A stretch of DNA of 63,918 nucleotides, the filler included, from Deltaproteobacteria bacterium (GTDB lineage: Bacteria; Myxococcota; JACRCW01), in NCBI GenBank assembly GCA_016218805.1. It is 4 parts of 4 records of this genome, joined end to end, with 100 filler letters (N's around TTAATTAATTAA, not from the genome) between each part and the next. Parts side by side here need not be neighbours in the genome. Positions count along the whole stretch, not along the records: positions 29,988 to 49,695 come from JACRCW010000087.1; positions 49,796 to 61,593 come from JACRCW010000094.1; 2 more parts are not named here. One strand, written 5' to 3'. This document shows, piece after piece, positions 48,418 through 58,814 of the stretch (position 1 is its first letter; the number at the start of each line of letters is the position of its first letter). Under the pieces are notes generated by a model that did no database searches, had not been told where the DNA came from, and saw only the letters and a list, made by a program, of their open reading frames with translations. The position numbers were made by a program, and so were the translations under genes.

Positions 48418-49584
48418 TCAGCGGAACAGCACGGGGTCCGGCAGGAACCGCTGCATCATCAGGTCGCCCTGCAGGCTCATGAGGCTGTTCATGGCGTCCG
48501 TCATGTTGCCCACGGCGTGGAACGCCTCGCCCGGGCCCTGGAACAGCATCCGCAGCGCGCCAAACGGGCCACCAAAGCCGCTCAGCGTGTCCAGGCCCTG
48601 CTGGAACTGGCTGGTGCTGTGCTCGGCGTGGAACATCTGGCCAATCATCCGGGCGGTGGCCGGGTCCATGCCGGGCATGGAAGCCAGCTGGTCAATGCCC
48701 TGGTTGCGCAGCATGTTGCCCCAGGCTTCGGACCCGAACGGAGGACGCAGGCGCGGATCGATGTTGTAGGCCTGGCCGTCGGTGTGCTGCACGTACGCGC
48801 CCGTCTTGTTGTCCATGTGCGCGCCCGTGATCTTGCCCAGGTCCTGGCCGTTGCGCTGCAGGAACCAGTCGTCCCCGTCGCCGCCCAGGCGGAACGTGTC
48901 GCGGTTGGGGTTCTCCGCCATGTGCTGCGCGCGCCACTCGTAGCCGTCATACTTGACGCCCGAGTTGACCGGCTTGCCATCCACGCCGGACACGGACACG
49001 TGGTCCGCGCCGTTGGTGATCTCCAGGCCCGTGGTGACGGAATAGCCCTTCTCCGAGCTGGTCTTGGCGTTGATGCGCGTCCCGTCCGGAAGCACAAAGT
49101 CGCTGTTCTTGGTGAAGTCCCAGCGCGTGCCGTCCTTCTGATCAACATGCGGGTCGCCGTGGACGTGCGTGATGGGCTTGTCACCGGGCTTCTGGTCCGG
49201 CCCAAAGATCTTCCAGGAGGTGTTGCCTTCCGGGACCACCGTGTAGCCGCCCGCGGTGCGCGTGGAGCCTTCCGGCCAGCCCGGCGGGTTGGTCTGCAGG
49301 CCCTTGCCGGCCGGCGGACCGGACAGCTCCATCTGCGGCTGCGGGATGATGCCGGGCGTCATGTGACCCAGCTGCATCATGTTGAACTGGCCAAGCACGC
49401 CCTGGAACGCGTTGATCTGCGGGCCGGACAGCAGGCCGAGCTGCGCGAGCGGGTTCATCCCCATGCCCGCCGCCAGCCCCTGCGTAAATCCCTGGTTGAA
49501 GGCACCCTGCATCTGGATGCCGGACATCAGGTTGTTCATCAGCGATTGCCGATTGAACAGGTTCTGGGCAACGAAGTTCACCAT
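48418..49584 (-). CDS. DUF1521 (MIIA autocleavage)-domain protein, candidate T3SS substrate
   Basis: THVHGDPHVDQKDGTRWDFTKNSDFVLPDGTRINAKT matches the DUF1521 GDPH..DG..FDF...F.L.DGT.I pattern. Q/N/M/G-rich termini, no signal peptide. Confidence 0.7.
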   Translation of the reverse strand: MVNFVAQNLFNRQSLMNNLMSGIQMQGAFNQGFTQGLAAGMGMNPLAQLGLLSGPQINAFQGVLGQFNMMQLGHMTPGIIPQPQMELSGPPAGKGLQTNPPGWPEGSTRTAGGYTVVPEGNTSWKIFGPDQKPGDKPITHVHGDPHVDQKDGTRWDFTKNSDFVLPDGTRINAKTSSEKGYSVTTGLEITNGADHVSVSGVDGKPVNSGVKYDGYEWRAQHMAENPNRDTFRLGGDGDDWFLQRNGQDLGKITGAHMDNKTGAYVQHTDGQAYNIDPRLRPPFGSEAWGNMLRNQGIDQLASMPGMDPATARMIGQMFHAEHSTSQFQQGLDTLSGFGGPFGALRMLFQGPGEAFHAVGNMTDAMNSLMSLQGDLMMQRFLPDPVLFR

Positions 49585-49658
49585 CTGTGTTTCCTCCCTG
49601 GTCTGTTTCGAGGTTTCCGGGTCCGTGGCACCGTGCCGCAGCCCGAGGACGCTCTCGA

Positions 49659-49685
49659 ATATCGACCATTCTTCCGATGCGTTGC
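49659..49685 (-). promoter_or_regulatory. Putative sigma28/FliA-type promoter (GCAAC-N14-GTCGATAT) upstream of the DUF1521 gene
   Basis: Minus strand reads GCAAC GCATCGGAAGAATG GTCGATAT, 74 nt upstream of ATG 49584. Same spacing as 6817-6843. Confidence 0.55.
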
Positions 49686-49695
49686 TTTGCGCAAG

Positions 49696-49795
49696 NNNNN
49701 NNNNNNNNNNNNNNNNNNNNNNNNNNNNNNNNNNNNNNNTTAATTAATTAANNNNNNNNNNNNNNNNNNNNNNNNNNNNNNNNNNNNNNNNNNNN
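49696..49795. other. Artificial contig linker
   Basis: N44-TTAATTAATTAA-N44. Confidence 0.99.
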
Positions 49796-52700
49796 CCCAT
49801 CGCCGTCATCGGCGTCAGCGACCTGTTTCGCGGATAGCTGGTCGCCACCGGCTTCTGGCGGGACTTCCTGCGCGGCTATGACCTCATGCAGGACATCCCG
49901 CCAAGCCACTGGCTGCTTGACGACTACTACAGCGCCGATCCCCGCACGCCCGACCGCACGTACGCACGAAGGGGCGCGTTCCTCAAGGACGTCCCGTTTG
50001 ACCCGGTGGAGTGGGGCATTCCGCCGTCCGTGGTCCCGGCCACGGACACCTGCCAGTTGCTGGCACTGGTGGTGGCGCAGCGGGTGCTGGAGGACGCGTG
50101 CCGTGGCAACCCGGACCGCATCCCGCGGGACCGCACCAGCGTGATTCTCGGCGTCACCGGCGCGCAGGAGCTGATGGGCGCCATGGTGGGCCGCCTGCAG
50201 CGTCCCATCTGGCGCAAGGCGCTGCTGGAGATGGGTCTGCCCGAGGCGCAGGTGGAAGACGCGTGCAAGCGCATGGCCGCGCACTACGTGGGCTGGCAGG
50301 AGAACACGTTCCCCGGCCTGCTGGGCAACGTGGTAGCCGGGCGCATTGCCAACCGGCTGGACCTGGGCGGCACCAACTGCATCACGGATGCGGCGTGCGC
50401 CAGCACGTTCTCCGCGGTGTCCATGGCGGTCAATGAGCTGCGCCTGGGTGATTCTGACGTGGTCATCACCGGCGGCGCGGACACCATGAATGACGTGTTC
50501 ATGTTCATGTGTTTCTCCAAGACGCCCGCGCTGTCCCTCACCGGTGACTGCCGGCCGTTTGCCGCGGACGCTGACGGCACCATGCTGGGCGAGGGCCTGG
50601 GCATGGTGGCGCTCAAGCGCCTGGCCGACGCGGAGCGCGACGGCGACCACGTCTACGCGGTGATCAAGGGCGTGGGCACGTCTTCCGACGGGCGCGGCAA
50701 GAGCGTGTATGCGCCGGTGGCGGAGGGCCAAGCCAAGGCGCTGCGGCGCGCGTACGCGCAGGCGGGGCACGGGCCGGACACCGTGGAGCTGGCGGAGGCG
50801 CACGGGACGGGGACGGGCGCCGGAGACGCGGCTGAGTTCAAGGGCCTGACGACGGTGTTTGAAGAGAGCGGGCGCAAGGACCGGCAGTGGTGTGCGCTGG
50901 GGTCCGTGAAATCCCAGGTGGGTCACACCAAGGCGGCGGCCGGCGCGGCGGGCCTGTTCAAGGCGGTGATGGCGCTGCACCACCGCGTGCTGCCACCCAC
51001 CATCAAGGTGAAGACGCCCAATCCGGCGCTCAACCTTCCCACCACGCCGTTCTACCTGAGCACACAGACGCGCCCGGGGGTGCGCGGCAGCGCGCATGCG
51101 CGGCGGGCGTCTGTGTCCGCGTTTGGGTTTGGCGGCTCCAACTTCCACCTGGCGCTGGAGGAGCGCGCGGGCCGCGGCCAGCGCGCCCCGCGGCTGCGCA
51201 CCAACACTGACGAGCTGGTGGTCCTGTGCGCGGCGGGTGGTGCGGCGCTGGCGGACCGTTGTCTCGCGGTGGTGCAGGAGGCGCAGGCCGCGGCGGGGAT
51301 GCTGCCGTTCCTGGCGTACACCACGCAGAAGGCCTACGACGCGTCCGCGACGGCGCGCCTGGCGGTGCTGGCCGGCAACGACGCGGACCTGGCGCAGAAG
51401 CTCACCAGCGCCGCGGAGAAGATCCGGCAGAAGCCCGGCGAGAGCTTCACGCTCCCCGGTGGCGTGTTCTACGGCGCCGGGCCCGCAGCCGGTGACGTGG
51501 CCTTCCTGTTCCCCGGCCAGGGCAGCCAGTACGTCGGCATGGGGCGGGACGTGGCCATGGCGTTTGACGACGCCATCGCGGCGTGGGACGCCGCCGCGGA
51601 CGTGCAGATGGGGGACCTGGCGCTGCACGAAGTGGTGTTCCCGCGTCCCGTATTCTCCGACGCGGAACGGACCGCGCACACCGCGCGCATGACGCGCACC
51701 GAATGGGCGCAGCCCGGCATTGGCGCGACCAGCCTGTCCGTGCTGGGCGTGCTGGGGCGGACGGGTCTGACCCCGTCCTCCGTGGCGGGCCACAGCTTTG
51801 GCGAAGTGTCCGCGCTGGCGGCGGCGGGCGTGCTGTCCACGGCGGACGCGCTGCGGGTGGCGCGGTCCCGCGGCGAAATCATGGCGCAGGCCGCACGGCA
51901 CCCCGGGACCATGAGTGCGGTGGTGTCGGACATCGCCATGGTGAAGAAGGTTGTGGCGGAGAGCCGCGTGGACGTGACGGTGGCCAACCACAACGGGCCC
52001 AAGGAAGTGGTGGTGTCCGGTGGCGTGGACGCCGTGAAGCAGTTTGAGGGTGAGCTGGAAAAGCGCGGCATCCGGTTCAAGCGGTTGGAGGTTGCCACCG
52101 CGTTTCATTCGCCCATTGTGCGGGATGCGGTGGGCCCGTTCCGCGACTTCCTGGCCGGCGTCACGTTCAACGCCCCGTCCTGCGCGGTCTTTGGGAATAC
52201 CTACGCGGAGAAGTACCCGGCGGACGCCGGGAAGATGCGGGAGGTTCTCTCCGGCCAGCTGGGCCAATCGGTGCAGTTTGTGAACATGGTGGAGGCCATG
52301 TACGCCGCCGGTGCCCGCACGTTCCTTGAGGTGGGCCCGGGTGCCGTGTTGACCGGGCTGGTGGGCCGCATCCTGGAGGGGAAGCCGCACGTCGCCATTG
52401 CCACGGACCGCAAGGGCAAGGACGGGTTCATGTCACTGTTGGAAGCGGTGGGCCGCCTGTGCGCGGCCGGCGCCAGGTTCTCACCGGTGGCGCTTTGGAG
52501 CGAGTACGCGGTCCCCGTGGACCCGCGCACCCGCAAGGTGCCCAAGCTGGTGCTGCCCATCAACGGGTCCAACTACGGCAAGATCTACCCGCCCAACCCG
52601 CCCAAGCCCGGAAACACGCCGCCACCGCGCGTGGAAGCGCCGCCGGCGCCCGCGGCCCGCGCGCTGCCTCCTCCTCCTCCTCCCCCGCCGCCTCCGCCGC

Positions 52701-55186
52701 CTCCGCCGGTTGTCGCGTCGTCGTCACCCAGCACGCTGCCCCGCAAGGCGCGTGCGCTGGGCGCGCCCGGAAGCGCGGACGCGCCCATTTCCGCCGCCAG
52801 CGTTCACCTGGACGCGCCGCGCGGTCCGTCGTTCAACTACGAACAACTGCGCGTGCACGCGTCGGGGACCATTTCGCAGATTTATGGGCCGGAGTTCGCT
52901 GAGCAGGACGTGCACCACGTGCAGGTGCGCATGCCGGAACCGCCGCTGCTGCTGGCGGACCGGTGCACGGGTATTGATGCGGTGCCGCGTTCCATGGGCA
53001 AGGGCCGCCTGTGGACGGAGTCCGACATCAAGGACGACGCGTGGTACCTGCACTGCGGCCGCATGCCGACGGGCATCCTCATTGAGAGCGGTCAGGCGGA
53101 CCTGATGCTGGTCTCCTGGCTGGGCATTGACCTGCTCAATCAGGGCAAGCGCTGTTACCGCCTGCTGGGTTGCGACCTGACGTTCCACGACACGCTGCCC
53201 CAGGGCGGTGACACGCTCACGTATGAAATCCACGGCGACGGGTTTGCCAACCACGGCGACGTGCGCCTGTTCTTCTTCCACTACGACTGCGTGCGGAACG
53301 GCAAGCCGCTGCTGAGCGTGCGCGAGGGCCAGGCGGGCTTCTTCACGACGGAAGAACTGGCCGGGAGCGCGGGCGTGCTGTGGAAGCCGGAGGATGAGCA
53401 GCTGGAGCCGGCGCGCATGGACCCGCCCAGGCTGCACTGCACCCGCCGCAGTTTCACGGAGGAACAGGTGCGCGCATTCTCCGAGGGGAAGACGCTGCAG
53501 TGCTTTGGCCCGGGCTACGAACGCGCGGAAACGCACACGCGCACGCCCGCCATGTCCGGCGGGAGAATGCGGTTCATTGACAAGGTGACGGACTTTGACA
53601 CCGCGGGCGGGCCGTGGGGCCGCGGCTACCTGCGCGCCGAGACCAAGGTCACCCCGCAGGACTGGTTTTTCAACGGCCATTTCAAGAACGACCCGTGCAT
53701 GCCGGGCACGCTGATGTTTGAAGCCACGCTGCAGACCATGGCGTTCTACATGGCTGGGCTGGGCATGACGCTGGACAACGACGGATACCGCTTTGAGCCC
53801 GTCACCAACGAGCGCTACAAGCTGCGCTGCCGCGGCCAGGTCATCCCCACGAGCAAGAACCTGGTTTACGAGGTGTTTGTGCGCGAGGTGCACGACGGGC
53901 CGGTGCCCACGCTCTATGCGGACCTGCTGGTCACCGTGGACGGACTCAAGGCGTTCTGGGCCAAGCGCGTGGGCCTGCGCCTGGTGCCGGACTGGCCGCT
54001 CACCAGCAGCACCGTGCTCAAGGGCTACAAGGAGCCCAAGCCGGTCGCCGTCGTGGACGGGTTCCCGCTGGACTACAAGTCGCTCCTGAGCTGCGCGTGG
54101 GGCAAGCCGTCCGAAGCGTTTGGTCCGTTCTACCAGCGGTTTGATGGCCCGCGCCGCGTGCCGCGCCTGCCGGGACCGCCGTACCACTACATGAGCCGCG
54201 TGCTGAAGACGGACGGTCCCGTGGGCGGCATGAAGGTGGGCACCAAGATTGAGGTGGAATACGACATCCCGCGCGATGCCTGGTATTTCAACGAGAACGG
54301 CGCGCGCGTGATGCCGTATGCGGTCCTGTTGGAAGCGGTGCTGCAGCCGTGCGGGTGGCTGGCGTCCTACGTGGGCAGCGCGCTCACCACGGACGAAGAT
54401 CTGTTCTTCCGCAACCTGGACGGTAAGGGCCGCGTGCTGTGTGAGGTGCTGCCGGACTCCGGGACGCTGCGCACCCAGGTGGAACTCACCAATATTTCGC
54501 GCGTGGGGGTGATGATCATTGAGAGCTTCAAGGTCACCTGCTTCATGGGTGACACGCCCGTCTATGACCTCACCAGCGTGTTTGGGTTCTTCAACAAGGA
54601 GGCGCTGGCCAACCAGACCGGCCTGGCCACCAAGCCTGAGATGCGCGCGCTGTTGGACAAGCCGTCCGACTTCCGCGTGGAGATGCGGGACCGCCCCGCC
54701 AGGTATTTCCGCGGCAGCGCGCGGCTGCCGGACTCCAAGCTGCTGATGTTTGACCGCGTGACGGCGTTTGAGCCCAACGGCGGGAAGAAGGGCCTGGGCT
54801 TCCTGCGCACCGAGAAGGACGTGGTGCCGGGTGACTGGTTCCTCAAGGCGCACTTCTTCCAGGACCCGGTGCAGCCCGGATCGCTGGGCCTGGAGGCCAT
54901 GCAGCAGCTCATGCAATTCGGGATGATTGAGCTGGGCATGGACCAGCAGGTTCCTGGCGGCCGGTTCCAGGCCATTGAAGTGGTCCCGTCCGACGGGATT
55001 GAGCACGTGTGGAAGTACCGGGGTCAGGTGGTGCTGGACAACAAGCGCGTGCACATCACCATGGACTTCACGGAGCGCGGCCAGGACGCAAAGGGCGCGT
55101 TTGTCCGTGCGGACGCGTCCCTGTGGGTGGACGGCAAGCGCATCTACGAAGCGACGAACATTGGCATGCGGCTGGTCCGCGGCTGA
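49796..55186 (+). CDS. Pfa-type iterative PKS/PUFA synthase: KS-MAT-(Pro linker)-four FabA-like DH/pseudo-DH domains; 5' partial
   Basis: KS: DAACAST, EAHGTGT, KSQVGHTKAAAG. MAT: FPGQGSQY, GHSFGE, AFHS. DH: GHFKNDPCMPG, AHFFQDPVQPGSLG. The frame begins at the contig edge (PIAVIGVS), with a TAG at 49835 that is likely an end-of-contig error. Confidence 0.9.
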
Positions 55187-55229
55187 CCGGCGTTGACCGC
55201 GCCACGGCGGGGCGGTTACGCCCGCCGCC

Positions 55230-57305
55230 ATGACCACGCTCAAACACCCATTTCCCGCCGCGGGCCGCTTGTTGGCCTGCGCGCTGTCCTTCCTGCTGCC
55301 CGCGGCCGCCGCCGCCGCGCCTGAGCCCGCCAAGAAGGGCCTCACCGTTGAAGACATGCTGGCGATGCAGCGCGTGTCCGGCCCGGTGGTATCCCCCGAC
55401 GGCAAGCGTGTTGCCTTCACCGTGCGCGATACGGACGTGGCGGCCAACCGCGGCCGCACCGACGTGTGGATCACCCACGTGGACGGCACGGGCGCGCGGC
55501 GGCTGACCACGCACCCGGAGAACGACACCGACCCGCGTTTCTCCGCCGACGGGAACACGCTGTTCTTCCTGTCCACGCGCGGGGGCTCATCCCAGGTGTG
55601 GCGCATCTCCGTGGGCGGCGGCGAAGCCGAAGCGGTGACGGAGCTGCCGCTGGACGTGAACGCGTTCCGCCTGTTCCCAGACGGCAAACGCCTGCTCATC
55701 GCCGTGGACGTCTACCCGGACGCCGCCACACTGGCGGACACGCGCAAGCGTGACCAGGCCAGGGAGGAGAGCAAGGTCAAGGCGCTGGTGTTTGATGAGC
55801 TGCTCTTCCGGCACTGGGACACGTGGGAGGACGGGAAGCGGTCACACCTGTGGGTGGTGGACGTGGAGAAGAAGGGCGAGCCGCTGGACCTGATGAAGGG
55901 GATGAACGTGGATTGCCCCACGCACCCGTTCGGCGGCGTGGAGGACATGATCATCTCGCCTGACGGGAAGACGGTGGTGTTTGCGGCCAAGGACGTGGGC
56001 ACCCGCGCGGCGTGGAGCACCAACGTGGACCTGTTCTCCGTCCCGGCCGACGGAAAAGCGCGCCCCGTCAAGCTGACAGCTGCCAATGAAGCGTGGGACG
56101 GAATGCCCGCGTTTTCCCCGGATGGGAAGACGCTGGGCTACCTGGCCATGGCGCGCCCCGGCTATGAGAGCGACCAGACGCGCATTGTGCTGCTGGACCT
56201 GGCGACGGGGAAACGCCGCGTTTTGGCTGATGGGTGGGACCGCTCGCCGGATTCCGTGGTGTTCTCTGCGGACGGCGCCACCGTCTTCACCGCTGCGGAC
56301 AACCTGGGTTCCCGGGCGCTGTTTGCACTGGACGTGGCCAAGGGCACGCCGCGCATCCTCCACGGGCGCGGCACCAACGGGGATGCGCAGCTGGCGGGGG
56401 ACCGCGTGGTGTTTGTGCATGACCGCCTGGACGCGCCCGGGGAGCTGTACAGCATCAAGGCGGACGGAACCGACGTGCGCGCGGTCACGCGGCTCAATGA
56501 GGCGCGCGTGAACGCGATTGCCTGGGGTGAATCCGAGCAATTCACGTTCAAGGGCGCGCACGGCGACACCGTGCACGGTTGGGCCGTGAAACCCGCGAAT
56601 TACAAGCCCGGCACCAAGGCGCCCGTTGCCATGATCATCCACGGCGGCCCGCAGGGCAGCATGGGGGACCACTTCCATTACCGGTGGAATCCGCAGGCGT
56701 TTGCGGGGCGCGGGTACGGCGTGGTGTTCATTGATTTCCACGGATCCACCGGTTACGGGCAGGCGTTCACGGACGCCATTCGCGGAGATTGGGGCGGCGC
56801 GCCGTATGAAGATCTCATGAAGGGCCTGGACGCGGCGCTGGCAAAGTACCCGTGGTTGGACGGTACCCGCACCACGGCGCTGGGGGCGTCCTTTGGCGGG
56901 TACATGATCAACTGGATCAACGGCCACACGGACCGGTTCAAGGCGCTGGTTGTCCACGACGGCAACATTGATGAGCGCATGGCGTACTTTGACACGGAGG
57001 AACTGTGGTTCCCGGAGTGGGAGCACGGTGGCCCGCCGTGGGAAGCCGCTGACGGGTACATGAAGCACAACCCGGTGGACCTGGTGAAGAACTGGAAGAC
57101 GCCCACACTGGTGGTGCACGGGGCCAGGGACTTCCGGGTGGTGGATACCCAGGGAATGGGGACTTTCACCGCGCTGCAGCGCCGCGGCGTTCCCAGCCGG
57201 ATGCTGTGGTTTCCAGACGAGAACCACTGGGTTCTCAAGCCGCAGAACAGCCGCAAATGGCACGAGGAGGTGCTGGGCTGGTTGGACCGCTACACGAAGA
57301 AGTGA
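55230..57305 (+). CDS. S9 family (prolyl oligopeptidase/dipeptidyl peptidase) exported peptidase
   Basis: Signal peptide; PD40 beta-propeller (SPDGK repeats); IHGGPQ, GASFGG (Ser), DFRV (Asp), DENHW (His). Confidence 0.95.
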   Translation: MTTLKHPFPAAGRLLACALSFLLPAAAAAAPEPAKKGLTVEDMLAMQRVSGPVVSPDGKRVAFTVRDTDVAANRGRTDVWITHVDGTGARRLTTHPENDTDPRFSADGNTLFFLSTRGGSSQVWRISVGGGEAEAVTELPLDVNAFRLFPDGKRLLIAVDVYPDAATLADTRKRDQAREESKVKALVFDELLFRHWDTWEDGKRSHLWVVDVEKKGEPLDLMKGMNVDCPTHPFGGVEDMIISPDGKTVVFAAKDVGTRAAWSTNVDLFSVPADGKARPVKLTAANEAWDGMPAFSPDGKTLGYLAMARPGYESDQTRIVLLDLATGKRRVLADGWDRSPDSVVFSADGATVFTAADNLGSRALFALDVAKGTPRILHGRGTNGDAQLAGDRVVFVHDRLDAPGELYSIKADGTDVRAVTRLNEARVNAIAWGESEQFTFKGAHGDTVHGWAVKPANYKPGTKAPVAMIIHGGPQGSMGDHFHYRWNPQAFAGRGYGVVFIDFHGSTGYGQAFTDAIRGDWGGAPYEDLMKGLDAALAKYPWLDGTRTTALGASFGGYMINWINGHTDRFKALVVHDGNIDERMAYFDTEELWFPEWEHGGPPWEAADGYMKHNPVDLVKNWKTPTLVVHGARDFRVVDTQGMGTFTALQRRGVPSRMLWFPDENHWVLKPQNSRKWHEEVLGWLDRYTKK

Positions 57306-57420
57306 CTTCGCGCGGTCACGTTTGCGGAAAGCGCTGTGAAGTCGCCGTGGGAAGGGGGCCGCGCTAGCGTGCGTGGCAGGCCGGCGAGTGGAAACTGAAG
57401 CATGGCCATGGGGAGGCGAC

Positions 57421-58809
57421 ATGCGGATGCGCGATGGCAGCGCAATGGGCGGATGGTTGTGGTTGATCGCGGCGTGCGCGCCGGGCACGGGACGTGATGC
57501 GGGGACGGACGCCGGGGGGTTGGATGGCGGGCCCGGTACTTCGGCCTGCGCGCGTCCCACCGCCTTGCCGGAGTGCAGCGTGACCGCCGCACCGTTGCCG
57601 CCGCTGTTGGCGTGGTCCCGCGGGGACGTCACCCGCATCCACATCTGGGACGGTCATGCCTGGGCGGGCGGCCCGGAGTTGGCCCCGCCGGCGCATGACG
57701 TGGTGGCGTGGTCACCCGCGGCCTCCGCGGTCCTGGTTCATGAGGCCGGGGGCGCGGTCACACGGCGGCGCCTGGACGACGGCGGCGTGGAGGCCACGGT
57801 GATGGACGAGGCGGCGGACCCGTGGGGAATCACCATGCCCGGCGGAGCCACGCTGTGCGCCTTTGGCCGAGTGCGCGGTGTGGACGAAGGCCACTGCTGG
57901 ACGCCCGGCGACGGCGGCCCGGGCCACATGTCTCTGGGCGGCATGCATGCCTTGCAGCGGTCCGCCATTCCCGTTGATTCTGAAATGCTGGTGATGAGTG
58001 GGATGGAGGACTTTGGCGGTGATTCGTTGTGGCCACAGGTCGTGCACGCGAGCACATTCCACGGCTACTACGCCGTCCCCGGCGTGATGGCTCCGGGAAG
58101 CTCATCTTCGTTCAGCGGTTTGCAGCGGGAATGCGTGTTGCCGCACCGCGCGCTTGCGGTGGGGCAGGGAATGGGCGCGCTGGATGACGGAGGCATGAGC
58201 AGCGCCGTGGCGGTGTTTGGTTTGACCCTGGCGGGCGGGCAGCTGGCGTATGCGTGGGGACGCCTGGTGAGCGGTGGCGCGGAACCGCACGGCCTGGTGG
58301 ATCAATGCGACGACCATGTGCTGTTGCGGGATGACGACGGGTGGCTGCGCATCTGGGAGCCGTATGCGTCCGCGCAGCCGGGTCCGCGGACCGTTCGCGT
58401 GGATGAAGATGCGCGCGGGCGGGCCACGGGAGCCGTGGCGGCGCTGTGGGGATTGGACAGTGGTGGGCCGGTCATGGTGTCCCTGCCTGACGTGCAGGTC
58501 CTGTGGCGTTTGCCGGAGCGTTGCGATTCCGCCACCGCGGTGCGTGCGCTGGACCCGCAGGGCAGGGCGGTGGTGATGACCTGGCAGGCGGACGCGCTGG
58601 GCGCGGTGACGACGGGTTACACGTACGCCACCGCACAATGCCGGTCAGACTTTCCGGGGGCCACACCGGTGGTCAACAGCGCGGAGACCTGGGTGGCGCA
58701 GGACGACGGCGGCGTGGCCCGGTTGTACTGGATGGACGCGGACGGGGCGCTGCGGGCGGCACCGCTGGATGGCCCGGGTCTGCATTCACCGGGGGCCGCG
58801 TTTCCCTGA
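57421..58809 (+). CDS. Hypothetical lipoprotein (beta-propeller-like)
   Basis: GGGAGG RBS; lipobox LIAAC; DAG-rich linker. Confidence 0.7.
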   Translation: MRMRDGSAMGGWLWLIAACAPGTGRDAGTDAGGLDGGPGTSACARPTALPECSVTAAPLPPLLAWSRGDVTRIHIWDGHAWAGGPELAPPAHDVVAWSPAASAVLVHEAGGAVTRRRLDDGGVEATVMDEAADPWGITMPGGATLCAFGRVRGVDEGHCWTPGDGGPGHMSLGGMHALQRSAIPVDSEMLVMSGMEDFGGDSLWPQVVHASTFHGYYAVPGVMAPGSSSSFSGLQRECVLPHRALAVGQGMGALDDGGMSSAVAVFGLTLAGGQLAYAWGRLVSGGAEPHGLVDQCDDHVLLRDDDGWLRIWEPYASAQPGPRTVRVDEDARGRATGAVAALWGLDSGGPVMVSLPDVQVLWRLPERCDSATAVRALDPQGRAVVMTWQADALGAVTTGYTYATAQCRSDFPGATPVVNSAETWVAQDDGGVARLYWMDADGALRAAPLDGPGLHSPGAAFP

Positions 58810-58814
58810 CGGCG

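Noticed and set aside
49835..49837. In-frame TAG near the start of the synthase (pseudogene or recoding)
   Set aside because: It lies within 45 nt of the contig edge among several other apparent single-base deviations from the expected ALFPGS-like consensus; most likely low-quality end sequence.
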